Shown: positions 16,721 to 24,581 of the stretch, one piece after another
How positions within the stretch are numbered: the stretch's first letter is position 1
Layout of the letters: each line of letters begins with the position of its first letter
From: Lentisphaeria bacterium UBA1724
GTDB taxonomy: Bacteria > Verrucomicrobiota > Lentisphaeria > Oligosphaerales > Oligosphaeraceae
Reading direction: 5' to 3'
DNA: 64,000 bases
Assembly: GCA_002315885.1 (NCBI GenBank)
Contig: DCIO01000110.1
Span: forward strand, 201 to 64,200
Program-made: the position numbers and the translations under genes
The notes under the pieces: model-generated
The model's database searches: none
The model's input: only the letters and a program-made list of their open reading frames with translations
What the model was told of the DNA's origin: nothing

Positions 16721-19303
16721 TTACCGTCTTTCCACCCATTTTGCGGCGTAGAGTCCTGCGGGGTGGATGTCGTGTGCGGGGGCGATGATTTGTCCGTGGA
16801 GGCGTTCTTTGCCGAAGAGTGTTGCGATGGGGATTTCCAGGGTAATTTGGAGGGTGGTGTCCTTTCCCTTGATGTCTGTGGGGATGTCCCAGTCGAAGGG
16901 CGCCCAGAGACGGCATCCCAGATTCTGTCCGTTGATTGCGACGGATGCGCAGTGTCCTGCGGTCTCCAGGCGGAGTGCGTCGGCGGTTTCGGGGATGTTG
17001 ACCGTCCGAGTCAGAGTGGCTTTCCCGATGAAATTTCGGAATCCCTGTTCGGAGAGTGGTCCCAGTCGGACACTCTTGGGCAGTGGTCCGATGGTCATTT
17101 CGCCTGGGCGTACCATTTTGACGGCGAAATTGCCCAGTAGGAATGCGCTGGGCAGGTAGGGGTATTCCGTCTTTTTGCCATCCAGTGCGAGAGTGTGTCT
17201 GCCGGATTCCAGGTCGATTGTCTCGCTGGTGCGGTAGAGTGGCGCCACCCCCTGGGGAAGGCCCTCGCCTGGGTTGCTGGCGGAAATGGGCGTGCCATCC
17301 ATTCGCACTGCCCCTGGGACGCCGTATGCGCGGATTAGTGCCTTGGGGCAGGGCGTGTCCTTGGCGACTGTCAGGCGGAGAGTCCCCTCTGCATCGTATT
17401 CGGGGCAGAGGATGTTCTTGCGGTCCAGCACGATTTCCCAGGGTGCGTCGGGGAGGTCCAATGCGTATTCCACGAAATCGGCAGAGGGTTGGTCGGTGTC
17501 GTGGAAGATTTTGATGTCGCCCGCGGGCAGATTGAAGATGATATCCCGGTCGGGGTTGGGACCGATACGGAAATGCAGACGCCGGGTGGGTGCATCGGGT
17601 TCTCGGAGGTCCAGGGCAACGCAGGTGCCGTCGTCGTAGTATCGGAGCATGACGTCCCTGGCGAGGGTGTCTCGTGAATTCATGACTCGGAAAGGCTGGC
17701 AGTAGTTGATGTCGAGATAGAGCATGAATGCCGCCATGTCGAAGAAGGTCTTCTTGCTGATTTCGTCGTAGATTGAGCCGTCCTTTTGGAATGTGACCAC
17801 GGCCAGTGCGTCTTTCGAGGCGGCGTCATCCTTGTGGATGAATCTCCAGGAGCGTTGGTAGCGTGTCATGAGTCGCAGGTAGTACGGCTGGTTGGAGAAG
17901 TCCTCTGCGTAGCGGATTTCCACCTCGACTTTGTTCCAGGGTTTCCGTGCAAAACGCGCGGCTTCCTTTGCGGTTTCGCCCAATTGGTCATAGTGGTCGA
18001 ACCAGGTCTGAGCGGGTGAGGTGGGGTTGAACCACATGGTCTTGTGGAGATTCCCTTCCGCCTGGAATTGCGAGACCGCCAGCAGATAATGGTCCACTCC
18101 GAAGAGCGCGGTGAGCCAGATCATCTGTTTGTAGGAACCGGGCTGCATGTCACCGGGGCCTAGGGCGAATAATTCCGCCAATCCGCAGCCACGCTGACGA
18201 CTGCCGTATTCCACCGTTCCCAGGGTCTGCCATTCGATGGCGTCGGGATTGGTGTTGGTGAAGATTTCGTCCATCCCCGGCATGGAGAAGCCCGCATTTG
18301 CCAGGAGTGGATCGCCGTTGTATCGGGCGGCCTGGCAATCCAATTCGTTCATCAGGTGCCCCGTAAGGAGGATGCCGTGGTTTTCGCACCAGGTGCGGAT
18401 GGTATCGAAGTATGTCTTGCGGAAACGCGCTCCCATGAGCTTCTGGTATGGAACCCGATAGCAGAAGGGCGCGGTGCCCTGGAGATGGGCGCGGAGGTCC
18501 TCTTTCAATTCGTGTCCCGTCAATTCTCGGTATTCTTCCTCCAGTTCGGGATACCAGGCCAGGCGGACTTCGGTGTCGCTGTCGCCCTCATATTGCTCGT
18601 AGTAGTATGCTACGGAGGGCTCGTCAGAGAAAATGCCCTTGATGAGCGTGCCGAAATACTTCCCGAAGCGCTTGTAGTATTCTTCGTGGGTGAGCTGGAT
18701 GAAGAGTTCCACCGCCTCGGGATTCAGCAGGTTGGGGAACTGCTTCAGGGACTTGAGCTCGAAGGTGATTTCGCTAGGCTGTTTTTTTCGCCCTAAAGGG
18801 CTCACACAGGACAGAAGGGCCTCTCTACTAGCCCGGGGTTGGGAATTCTTCCTGGCATAGAGGCACTGGACGGCGAAGGCCTCCCGTGCCTGCATTACGC
18901 GCCCCGCGCATTGTCCGCTGGGCCAATTGAATTCGTCATAGAGCCAGATGGATGTATAGCCGTGCGCTTCTGCGGCGTCCAACACATTCTGGATTGCCTG
19001 GAACCACTCTTCGGAGAGGTATTCCAGCTCACAGCCCGAGCGGGGATAGAGCAGAAACTGGGTGATGCCCACCCGCCGGAATTCCCCCATGAATTGGGAG
19101 ATGAACTCCCGGGAGGGGCGCCCCGTTACCGCACTCATGGGAATTAGCGGATTTTCCTGGGGGGCGGGAGTTTTTCGCGCTAAAGCGCTCACACAGGACG
19201 GAAGGGACTCTCTGCTATCCCGAGGAGTGGTGTTTTGTTGGGCAGGAAGAAGCATGGCAAGCGGGAAAAACAGAAGAAGCAGAAATCGCATGAATTGATT
19301 CAT
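16721..19303 (-). CDS. Secreted glycoside-hydrolase-like protein with C-terminal jelly-roll (GH2 sugar-binding-like) domain; contains two in-frame repeat-element insertions
   Basis: 860 aa with signal peptide MNQFMRFLLLLFFPLAMLLPA. TIM-barrel-like N-terminal part (FLLYPRSG, WLYDEFNWPSG). C-terminal RNFIGKATLTRTV...INGQNLG. Function tentative. Confidence 0.6.
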   Translation of the reverse strand: MNQFMRFLLLLFFPLAMLLPAQQNTTPRDSRESLPSCVSALARKTPAPQENPLIPMSAVTGRPSREFISQFMGEFRRVGITQFLLYPRSGCELEYLSEEWFQAIQNVLDAAEAHGYTSIWLYDEFNWPSGQCAGRVMQAREAFAVQCLYARKNSQPRASREALLSCVSPLGRKKQPSEITFELKSLKQFPNLLNPEAVELFIQLTHEEYYKRFGKYFGTLIKGIFSDEPSVAYYYEQYEGDSDTEVRLAWYPELEEEYRELTGHELKEDLRAHLQGTAPFCYRVPYQKLMGARFRKTYFDTIRTWCENHGILLTGHLMNELDCQAARYNGDPLLANAGFSMPGMDEIFTNTNPDAIEWQTLGTVEYGSRQRGCGLAELFALGPGDMQPGSYKQMIWLTALFGVDHYLLAVSQFQAEGNLHKTMWFNPTSPAQTWFDHYDQLGETAKEAARFARKPWNKVEVEIRYAEDFSNQPYYLRLMTRYQRSWRFIHKDDAASKDALAVVTFQKDGSIYDEISKKTFFDMAAFMLYLDINYCQPFRVMNSRDTLARDVMLRYYDDGTCVALDLREPDAPTRRLHFRIGPNPDRDIIFNLPAGDIKIFHDTDQPSADFVEYALDLPDAPWEIVLDRKNILCPEYDAEGTLRLTVAKDTPCPKALIRAYGVPGAVRMDGTPISASNPGEGLPQGVAPLYRTSETIDLESGRHTLALDGKKTEYPYLPSAFLLGNFAVKMVRPGEMTIGPLPKSVRLGPLSEQGFRNFIGKATLTRTVNIPETADALRLETAGHCASVAINGQNLGCRLWAPFDWDIPTDIKGKDTTLQITLEIPIATLFGKERLHGQIIAPAHDIHPAGLYAAKWVERR
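18786..18826 (+). repeat. Interspersed hairpin element ('CACAGGAC element'), intragenic copy, GCCC/GGGC stem variant
   Basis: tttcgccctaaagggctcacacaggacagaagggcctctct. Translated in the host CDS as ..LLSCVSPLGRK.. Confidence 0.85.
19173..19213 (+). repeat. Interspersed hairpin element, intragenic copy, GCGC/GCGC stem variant
   Basis: tttcgcgctaaagcgctcacacaggacggaagggactctct. Translated in the host CDS as ..LPSCVSALARK.. Confidence 0.85.
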
Positions 19304-19351
19304 GATTCAAGATTTTGGATTTCAATCAATTCAGAATCGAGAATCAAGAAT

Positions 19352-20104
19352 CTATTTTGGGAAGGACACTGCCACACCGATGCGTGCGGCGGCGGCCATC
19401 AGGAGTTCCAGGCGCTTTTGAAGCGGTGTGTCGTCATAAACAGACATGTTGTTGGAAAGCGAGAGTCCCGCGATGAGTTCGCCGTTCATGGAACGGACGG
19501 GGACAGCCAAGGACCAGACGCCCTCCACGGATTCATTCTGGATCAAGGCGTATTGCTTCTCGGCGATTTCACCGCAGAGGCGGTCCAATTTTCCCACGTC
19601 GGTGACGGTTTCCCGGGTGACTTGCCGGCGGATGATGCGCTTAAAGAGACGCCGCCGTTCCTCGGTGGGCATGAGCGCCACGATCAGTCGTCCGCATGCG
19701 GTGGAGTGGAGTTGGTCCATCCAGCGTTGTTCTGGGGGCGTAAAGAAGTTGTCTTCGGGATTCAGGATGGACAGGCAGAGCAGGGTGTCATTCTCGATGG
19801 TGCCCAGGAAGACGGTGCATTGGGTGTCATCCCGCAGTTCTTTCAGGATTGCGTTGGAGGACTTTCGCAGGTCATGCCAGTGGTCGGCGGCCTGTCCCAG
19901 GTAGAAACAGTGGGACCCCAGGCGGTACTTTCGGGAGGTGTCCTGGCTGACAAGCCGCAGAGAGTAGAGCTCACGGAGGATGTTCCCTACAGTCTGCTGA
20001 GATAGGCCTAGCTGTTGCGCCAACATGCTGGCGGAGACCGTCTCCGGGCTATTTGCCGCCAGGATGTCTAGGATTTCGATGGCTCTGTCTATGGATTGGA
20101 TCAT
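19352..20104 (-). CDS. IclR-family transcriptional regulator
   Basis: MIQSIDRAIEILDILA...MLAQQLGLSQQTVGNILRELYSLRLV winged HTH plus a C-terminal IclR effector domain. The start is set at the ATG at 20104, because the longer ORF (to 20173) begins inside repeat DNA. Confidence 0.85.
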   Translation of the reverse strand: MIQSIDRAIEILDILAANSPETVSASMLAQQLGLSQQTVGNILRELYSLRLVSQDTSRKYRLGSHCFYLGQAADHWHDLRKSSNAILKELRDDTQCTVFLGTIENDTLLCLSILNPEDNFFTPPEQRWMDQLHSTACGRLIVALMPTEERRRLFKRIIRRQVTRETVTDVGKLDRLCGEIAEKQYALIQNESVEGVWSLAVPVRSMNGELIAGLSLSNNMSVYDDTPLQKRLELLMAAAARIGVAVSFPK

Positions 20105-20111
20105 GGGCAAT

Positions 20112-20250
20112 TGGGGATTTCGCGCTAAAGCGCTGGGGATTTCGCGCTGGTGATTTCGCGCTAAAGCGCTCACACAGGACAGAAGGGTCTCTCTCCTTTC
20201 CAGGGGGATTGGTAAAAGCGCTGGGGATTTCGCGCTGGGGATTTCGCGCC
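20112..20250 (+). repeat. Cluster of five GGGGATTTCGCGCT-type 14-mers surrounding one CACAGGAC element (20154-20194)
   Basis: ggggatttcgcgct at about 20113, 20135, 20223 and 20237, plus ggtgatttcgcgct at about 20149. The full element tttcgcgctaaagcgctcacacaggacagaagggtctctct is at 20154-20194. Confidence 0.85.
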
Positions 20251-20300
20251 CCTCGTTTCGCTGGGCTTGCGCCCGCTACACGAGGGGCTGCACCTACGGG
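20249..20300 (+). repeat. Second interspersed element family (CCCCTCGT...ACGAGGGG stem-loop), copy 1
   Basis: cccctcgtttcgctgggcttgcgcccgctacacgaggggctgcacctacggg. 8-bp inverted repeat. Closely similar to 32573-32624. Confidence 0.8.
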
Positions 20301-20345
20301 CGGCTGGCGCCGCCTCTTGGCTTCCCGCAGTTCTGAGGGGGAAAA

Positions 20346-21368
20346 TTAATCTTCTTTCCAGAGGGTGGTGATTTTCTTGAAGGTGTTCACGCGTTCCAGG
20401 TTCATGGCGTCGGGGGCATCCATGGTGGGGCAGATCCAGGCGCCTTCCTCGAATTCATTCCAAGCGAAGGTCATGATGTGCCCTAGCTGGGAGGCGCTGG
20501 GATTGTCCTTCATCCAGGTCTTGAGGGTTTTGGCGGCGTCCAGGAGTTCTGCGGGGGTGGCCTTTGGGGCGTAGGTCTCGGTGGGATAGGCGCACCAGGG
20601 GACGGGGTGGTCGATGCGTGGTTGTGGATCCCACCCCATGGTGAAAAGCGGAATGGAGGGGAAGGAACCGCTGGCGCGGACGGTGTTGGCCCTGAGGCAT
20701 CCCTCGGCCAGTTCGCCGTAGGTCTTGGTGGGCAGGCCGAATGCGTATGCGGAGAGTGCGCAGATGTCGGTGCCGGGTGCGGGTGGTTCTCCCCAGGTCA
20801 TGAAGGTGAAGAATGGCTCTGGTGTGCCGGCTTCCTGGCAGATTTTGCGAATGCGCTGTTGGAGTTCGTCCCAGGGTGCCACGTAGAAGAACACCAGCGG
20901 TCTGCCGTCGATCTTTTCATAGCAATCCTGTTGCATAGTCAGCGCCAGGTCCTTCAGTTCCGCATCCGTGTAGGGATGGCTGTTGATGAGGATGGCGCAG
21001 AGGTGGAGCTTGTTTCGCAGGGGGCTCTGGAGGTGCTTCATACGGGCGCCCACCAATTCGCAGACATGTGCATCTACTGTGATGGCGGCGGAAGTGTCCA
21101 CGTGGTCTTCATGGGGTTCCCGGTCATACCAGCAGTATGCGAAGTAGTCGATGCCCGCGTCAATGGCCAGTTGCATTTCCCGGTCGAAGGATTCTTGGGT
21201 GCGCTCAGGGAAGTCGATTTTGCCGTCTCCCAGGTCGATGGCGTAGTAGGGGGTGCGGTCACGGAATTTCGTTTCCCCCAGGGACTTGGTGGCGTAGCTG
21301 CCGAAGAATGTGGTAGAGGGAAGGGCGCAATCCCAATTGACAACGCCCACGCGTTTGATGATGCTCAT
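20346..21368 (-). CDS. Hypothetical protein, possibly a glycoside-hydrolase-like TIM-barrel (GH99/WbsX-like?)
   Basis: 340 aa from MSIIKRVGVVNWD. This start leaves a 29-nt gap after the upstream gene; the longer ORF would overlap it. No signal peptide. Function call weak. Confidence 0.5.
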   Translation of the reverse strand: MSIIKRVGVVNWDCALPSTTFFGSYATKSLGETKFRDRTPYYAIDLGDGKIDFPERTQESFDREMQLAIDAGIDYFAYCWYDREPHEDHVDTSAAITVDAHVCELVGARMKHLQSPLRNKLHLCAILINSHPYTDAELKDLALTMQQDCYEKIDGRPLVFFYVAPWDELQQRIRKICQEAGTPEPFFTFMTWGEPPAPGTDICALSAYAFGLPTKTYGELAEGCLRANTVRASGSFPSIPLFTMGWDPQPRIDHPVPWCAYPTETYAPKATPAELLDAAKTLKTWMKDNPSASQLGHIMTFAWNEFEEGAWICPTMDAPDAMNLERVNTFKKITTLWKED

Positions 21369-21397
21369 GATGGTTATGGTGTTACAATTATTTTGCG

Positions 21398-24300
21398 TTA
21401 CGGTTCGTCTGCAATTTTCAGTAATCGGAATTCGTGCCATGGGATAGGCAGTGTCGCCTGCTGATCCTGGGTGAGTCGTTCGTTGGTCACTGCGTCGTAG
21501 ATGACGGGGGCGCTAAATCCGAGTTTCGTGAGGTCCAGGGAGAATTGTGTGTCGTCACCTAATGCGCCCACCATGATCATCGCTTCGTGGGATTTTTTGA
21601 GCACGGTGCATTTCACGGTATCGGGCTCGATGGAGATGGGTTGGTTGTTTTCGTAGGATGGGGAGACCTGGCATTCGGGCCAGCCGTAGCCGAAATTCCG
21701 GACGATATCCAGGGTGGGTGCCAGGGTCTCGAATGCGGGCAGTCCGTAGCCCGTGTAGTTATCCACGATATCGAATGCGAACATCAATGCGATTGCGGAG
21801 CGCACCTGGTGGTCGCGATGTTTTCCTTCGCCGCCAGCCTGGAGCAGGACTTGGGGCGCCAGCCCCGCCTGAGTGCCGATGGTCTCGGTGAGGATATACC
21901 CTGGGGAGAAGCGCTCCTGGTAGTCCTTGTCGCCGTAGTTGAGTTCCCAGTTCAAACCGAAGGTGCCAAAGCTCATGACGGGCAGGATGTGGCAGTTGGT
22001 TTCGTGGAGGACAATCCAGGGGAAGCCATCCACGGTCTTTCCTTCCTGGAAGAGCATCACCGCGGCGCGCTTGATCATTTGGCGCATGCCCAGGAAGGAA
22101 TACTGGGGTGAAAAACGACCCTGGGAGAGCTCTCGGACGGGTCCCATCATATCGTCGTAGTTCTGGGTCTCGTTGGTGTTGTCGAAGTAGATGCCGTCAA
22201 TGCCGCCCTGGCGCACCAATTCCCGCAGATAGTAGAGATAGAAATCCTGGTAACTGTGCTGTGGGATGCCCGCATACATATCGTAGTGGATGTTCCGGAA
22301 TGCGGCCATATCCCATTCGTCCGCGTATGTGGTCAATTCTGGCCAGCGTGTATCGTATTGCCGTGGATTGATGTAGGTGATGATGTAGTGGGAGTGCCGT
22401 GCGCGGTTTCTTGCGGCGTGTCCCAGATGGGAATCCCAGCGTCGGGTGTCCTTTCCAATCACATCTGCGTGCTTTGCCATGAAGGCATCTACGTGGGACT
22501 GGATTTCCTCGTCAGTGGCACCATAGCAATTCTTCAGGAATTGGACGTGGCTGTAATCGCCGTCGGGGGGCCGGAGCCAGTCGAAGGCGCTCCACATGGT
22601 GACTTCGTTGACGGAGGCAATGGGGATTGAATTTGCGGCTACGTAGCCTGCTTCCGTTACGCTGGAATAGCGTCGGTAATTTGGAAGCTGTGGCTTGACG
22701 GGACTTGCCTGGAAGCCCATGGTGATTTTGAAGGGTTGATCCCAAGTGCAGGGCTCTGTCACCACGTTGATGCGCAGGATGACCTGGTCGCCTTCGCGAA
22801 TGATTTCCGTATGTGAGGAGTCCAGCGCTAGGCTGTAGTTCGCATCGCTTTCCCCGCACCAGCACAGGCCCTTTTTGATGCCGCCAATCCAGGTATAGCT
22901 ACGGAAGTTCCCTGGGATGCCGATATGTGGTGCGGCGAGGCTACGCCAAACCACGCCGTCGCCTTCTGGGATGAAATCGGAGGGATTTCGGCGAATCCAA
23001 TGGCTGCTGTGGAAGAGCCGGGCCACGTCCTTACGGAGTGGCATGTCCAAATAGAAGTTCTGGACTTGGCGTGGCACACTGGGAGTAATTTCGATGGTGG
23101 TCCATACAAATCCATCGTAGTCCATCTCGTGGTGGAACTGGAAATTCACTTGGCTGAAGTCCACCTCGTCTGTGAGGCGCACCCGGTCCTCGGAGACTTC
23201 GTCGTAAGTGATTTTGCCAGGGGGTAGCGGTTCGCCATCCAGGAAGAAATTCATGGGCTTGGCCAGGATGTCCTCCCCTTCCGCGAATACGGAGGAGACG
23301 CGGCCCGTTTCGCCGAAGACATATCCCGTCAGGAGGGCATCAACGCGATTTTCTTTCTGGTGAGTCTGGAGTGGTCGGAAAGGCGGCAGGATGATACGGT
23401 CATCGCCGATGTGGTTGTTTTCCCAAATGAAGTGCTTGTAGTCAAAATGATGGGTGTGCTGCCAGGCAATCTTGCCGTCTTTCTTGGCCTCCACACTGAG
23501 GGTGTATGTGCCTTCGGCAAGCTGGGGCAGCGACCATTTCGCTTCGTTGGCGAACTCCCCCAGGGTGCCGGGGACTCGCTGGAGTTCGGTGCCCTGGCTG
23601 TCCCGGATGATGTATTCCACTACGTCGAAATCGGCGATTTTCGTCATGTCCTCGCAATAGATGCGTGCTTTTGCGCGGTTTGTGGAGGGGTAGATGCCGA
23701 AGCTGAAGCCCGTGTCGGGGATTTGCTTTTTCCAGTCCAGGCCCTTTTCGGGATTCCAGGAATACTCTTGCTTCAGGAGGGTCTTGTCTCCTGCGTCGAT
23801 ACGGCAGGTCAGGGTTCGGTGGAGGTTGTCCGCGCAGGTCAGGGAGAGATCGAAATGCGCTGGAGAACCCGCCGTCGGGGTCTTGATTTGGTCCAGCATC
23901 TCGGGATTGCCCAGGGACTCGATGGTGGCGCGGCAATGGACTGGGAAGGCTTCGCCACCCTCAGGCGCGGTCACCGTCCAACGGCAGATCTTGTAGTCAG
24001 TGCCTGTGGGGGAGCCGATGACGATGCCGTAGCGGAGACCAGGCGCGGTGGCGTCAAAGGTGACTTCCGCACCGCCATCCAGGGTGAGGCGTGCGATTTC
24101 CTCGGCGGAGGTGAAATGGCGGACTAGGTCGATGCGGCAGGTGTCGCCATCCTGGGGAAGTCCACCCAGGTCCTCCCAGGGGACCGCAAGCTCCCAGCAC
24201 CACTTCTTGCCGACGGGGAGGAGCTCCTGGGCGTTGGTCTTTTTGTGGAGCACCTTGCCATTGATGTCAACCACGAATTCCATTTCGTCTTCGGGATTCA

Positions 24301-24577
24301 GCGGAATATCGTAGTATTGGCTCAGCGGGCTTTCTGCCGCAAGATAGAGATTCTTCCCGTCCCGTGCGCAGTAGAAGGTCACCTCGCGCAAGGCGCCAAT
24401 GCGGGTCGCCTCGGAGACGACGCCACTGGTGACGACGCCCTGGGCGTATTCGCCCTCGCCGATCTGGTTGTCCTGCACGGGCGCAGTGGATGCCATACCC
24501 AGTCGGAACTCCAGGGATGATGCCCAGAGGAGTCCCGAGAAGAGGAATGCTAGAAGGATGGCTAGGCGGTGTCTCAT
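21398..24577 (-). CDS. Large secreted protein, DUF6067-like putative glycoside hydrolase; paralogue of 24582..27809
   Basis: 1059 aa with signal peptide MRHRLAILLAFLFSGLLWA. Collinear similarity to the neighbour (e.g. GIYFDNTNE vs GLYLDNLYD; ILTETIGTQAGLAP vs IQTDTLGTQTGVTP; HETNCHILPVMS vs HLTDCNVVPWLS). Confidence 0.6.
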   Translation of the reverse strand: MRHRLAILLAFLFSGLLWASSLEFRLGMASTAPVQDNQIGEGEYAQGVVTSGVVSEATRIGALREVTFYCARDGKNLYLAAESPLSQYYDIPLNPEDEMEFVVDINGKVLHKKTNAQELLPVGKKWCWELAVPWEDLGGLPQDGDTCRIDLVRHFTSAEEIARLTLDGGAEVTFDATAPGLRYGIVIGSPTGTDYKICRWTVTAPEGGEAFPVHCRATIESLGNPEMLDQIKTPTAGSPAHFDLSLTCADNLHRTLTCRIDAGDKTLLKQEYSWNPEKGLDWKKQIPDTGFSFGIYPSTNRAKARIYCEDMTKIADFDVVEYIIRDSQGTELQRVPGTLGEFANEAKWSLPQLAEGTYTLSVEAKKDGKIAWQHTHHFDYKHFIWENNHIGDDRIILPPFRPLQTHQKENRVDALLTGYVFGETGRVSSVFAEGEDILAKPMNFFLDGEPLPPGKITYDEVSEDRVRLTDEVDFSQVNFQFHHEMDYDGFVWTTIEITPSVPRQVQNFYLDMPLRKDVARLFHSSHWIRRNPSDFIPEGDGVVWRSLAAPHIGIPGNFRSYTWIGGIKKGLCWCGESDANYSLALDSSHTEIIREGDQVILRINVVTEPCTWDQPFKITMGFQASPVKPQLPNYRRYSSVTEAGYVAANSIPIASVNEVTMWSAFDWLRPPDGDYSHVQFLKNCYGATDEEIQSHVDAFMAKHADVIGKDTRRWDSHLGHAARNRARHSHYIITYINPRQYDTRWPELTTYADEWDMAAFRNIHYDMYAGIPQHSYQDFYLYYLRELVRQGGIDGIYFDNTNETQNYDDMMGPVRELSQGRFSPQYSFLGMRQMIKRAAVMLFQEGKTVDGFPWIVLHETNCHILPVMSFGTFGLNWELNYGDKDYQERFSPGYILTETIGTQAGLAPQVLLQAGGEGKHRDHQVRSAIALMFAFDIVDNYTGYGLPAFETLAPTLDIVRNFGYGWPECQVSPSYENNQPISIEPDTVKCTVLKKSHEAMIMVGALGDDTQFSLDLTKLGFSAPVIYDAVTNERLTQDQQATLPIPWHEFRLLKIADEP

Positions 24578-24581
24578 GAAC

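Noticed and set aside
16629-16916. 95-aa minus-strand ORF spanning the nonamer/heptamer arrays
   Set aside because: Its sequence is the translated repeats (..VLPVLPVLPVLSVL) plus an out-of-frame overlap with the 3' end of the 860-aa gene. It is not a credible gene.
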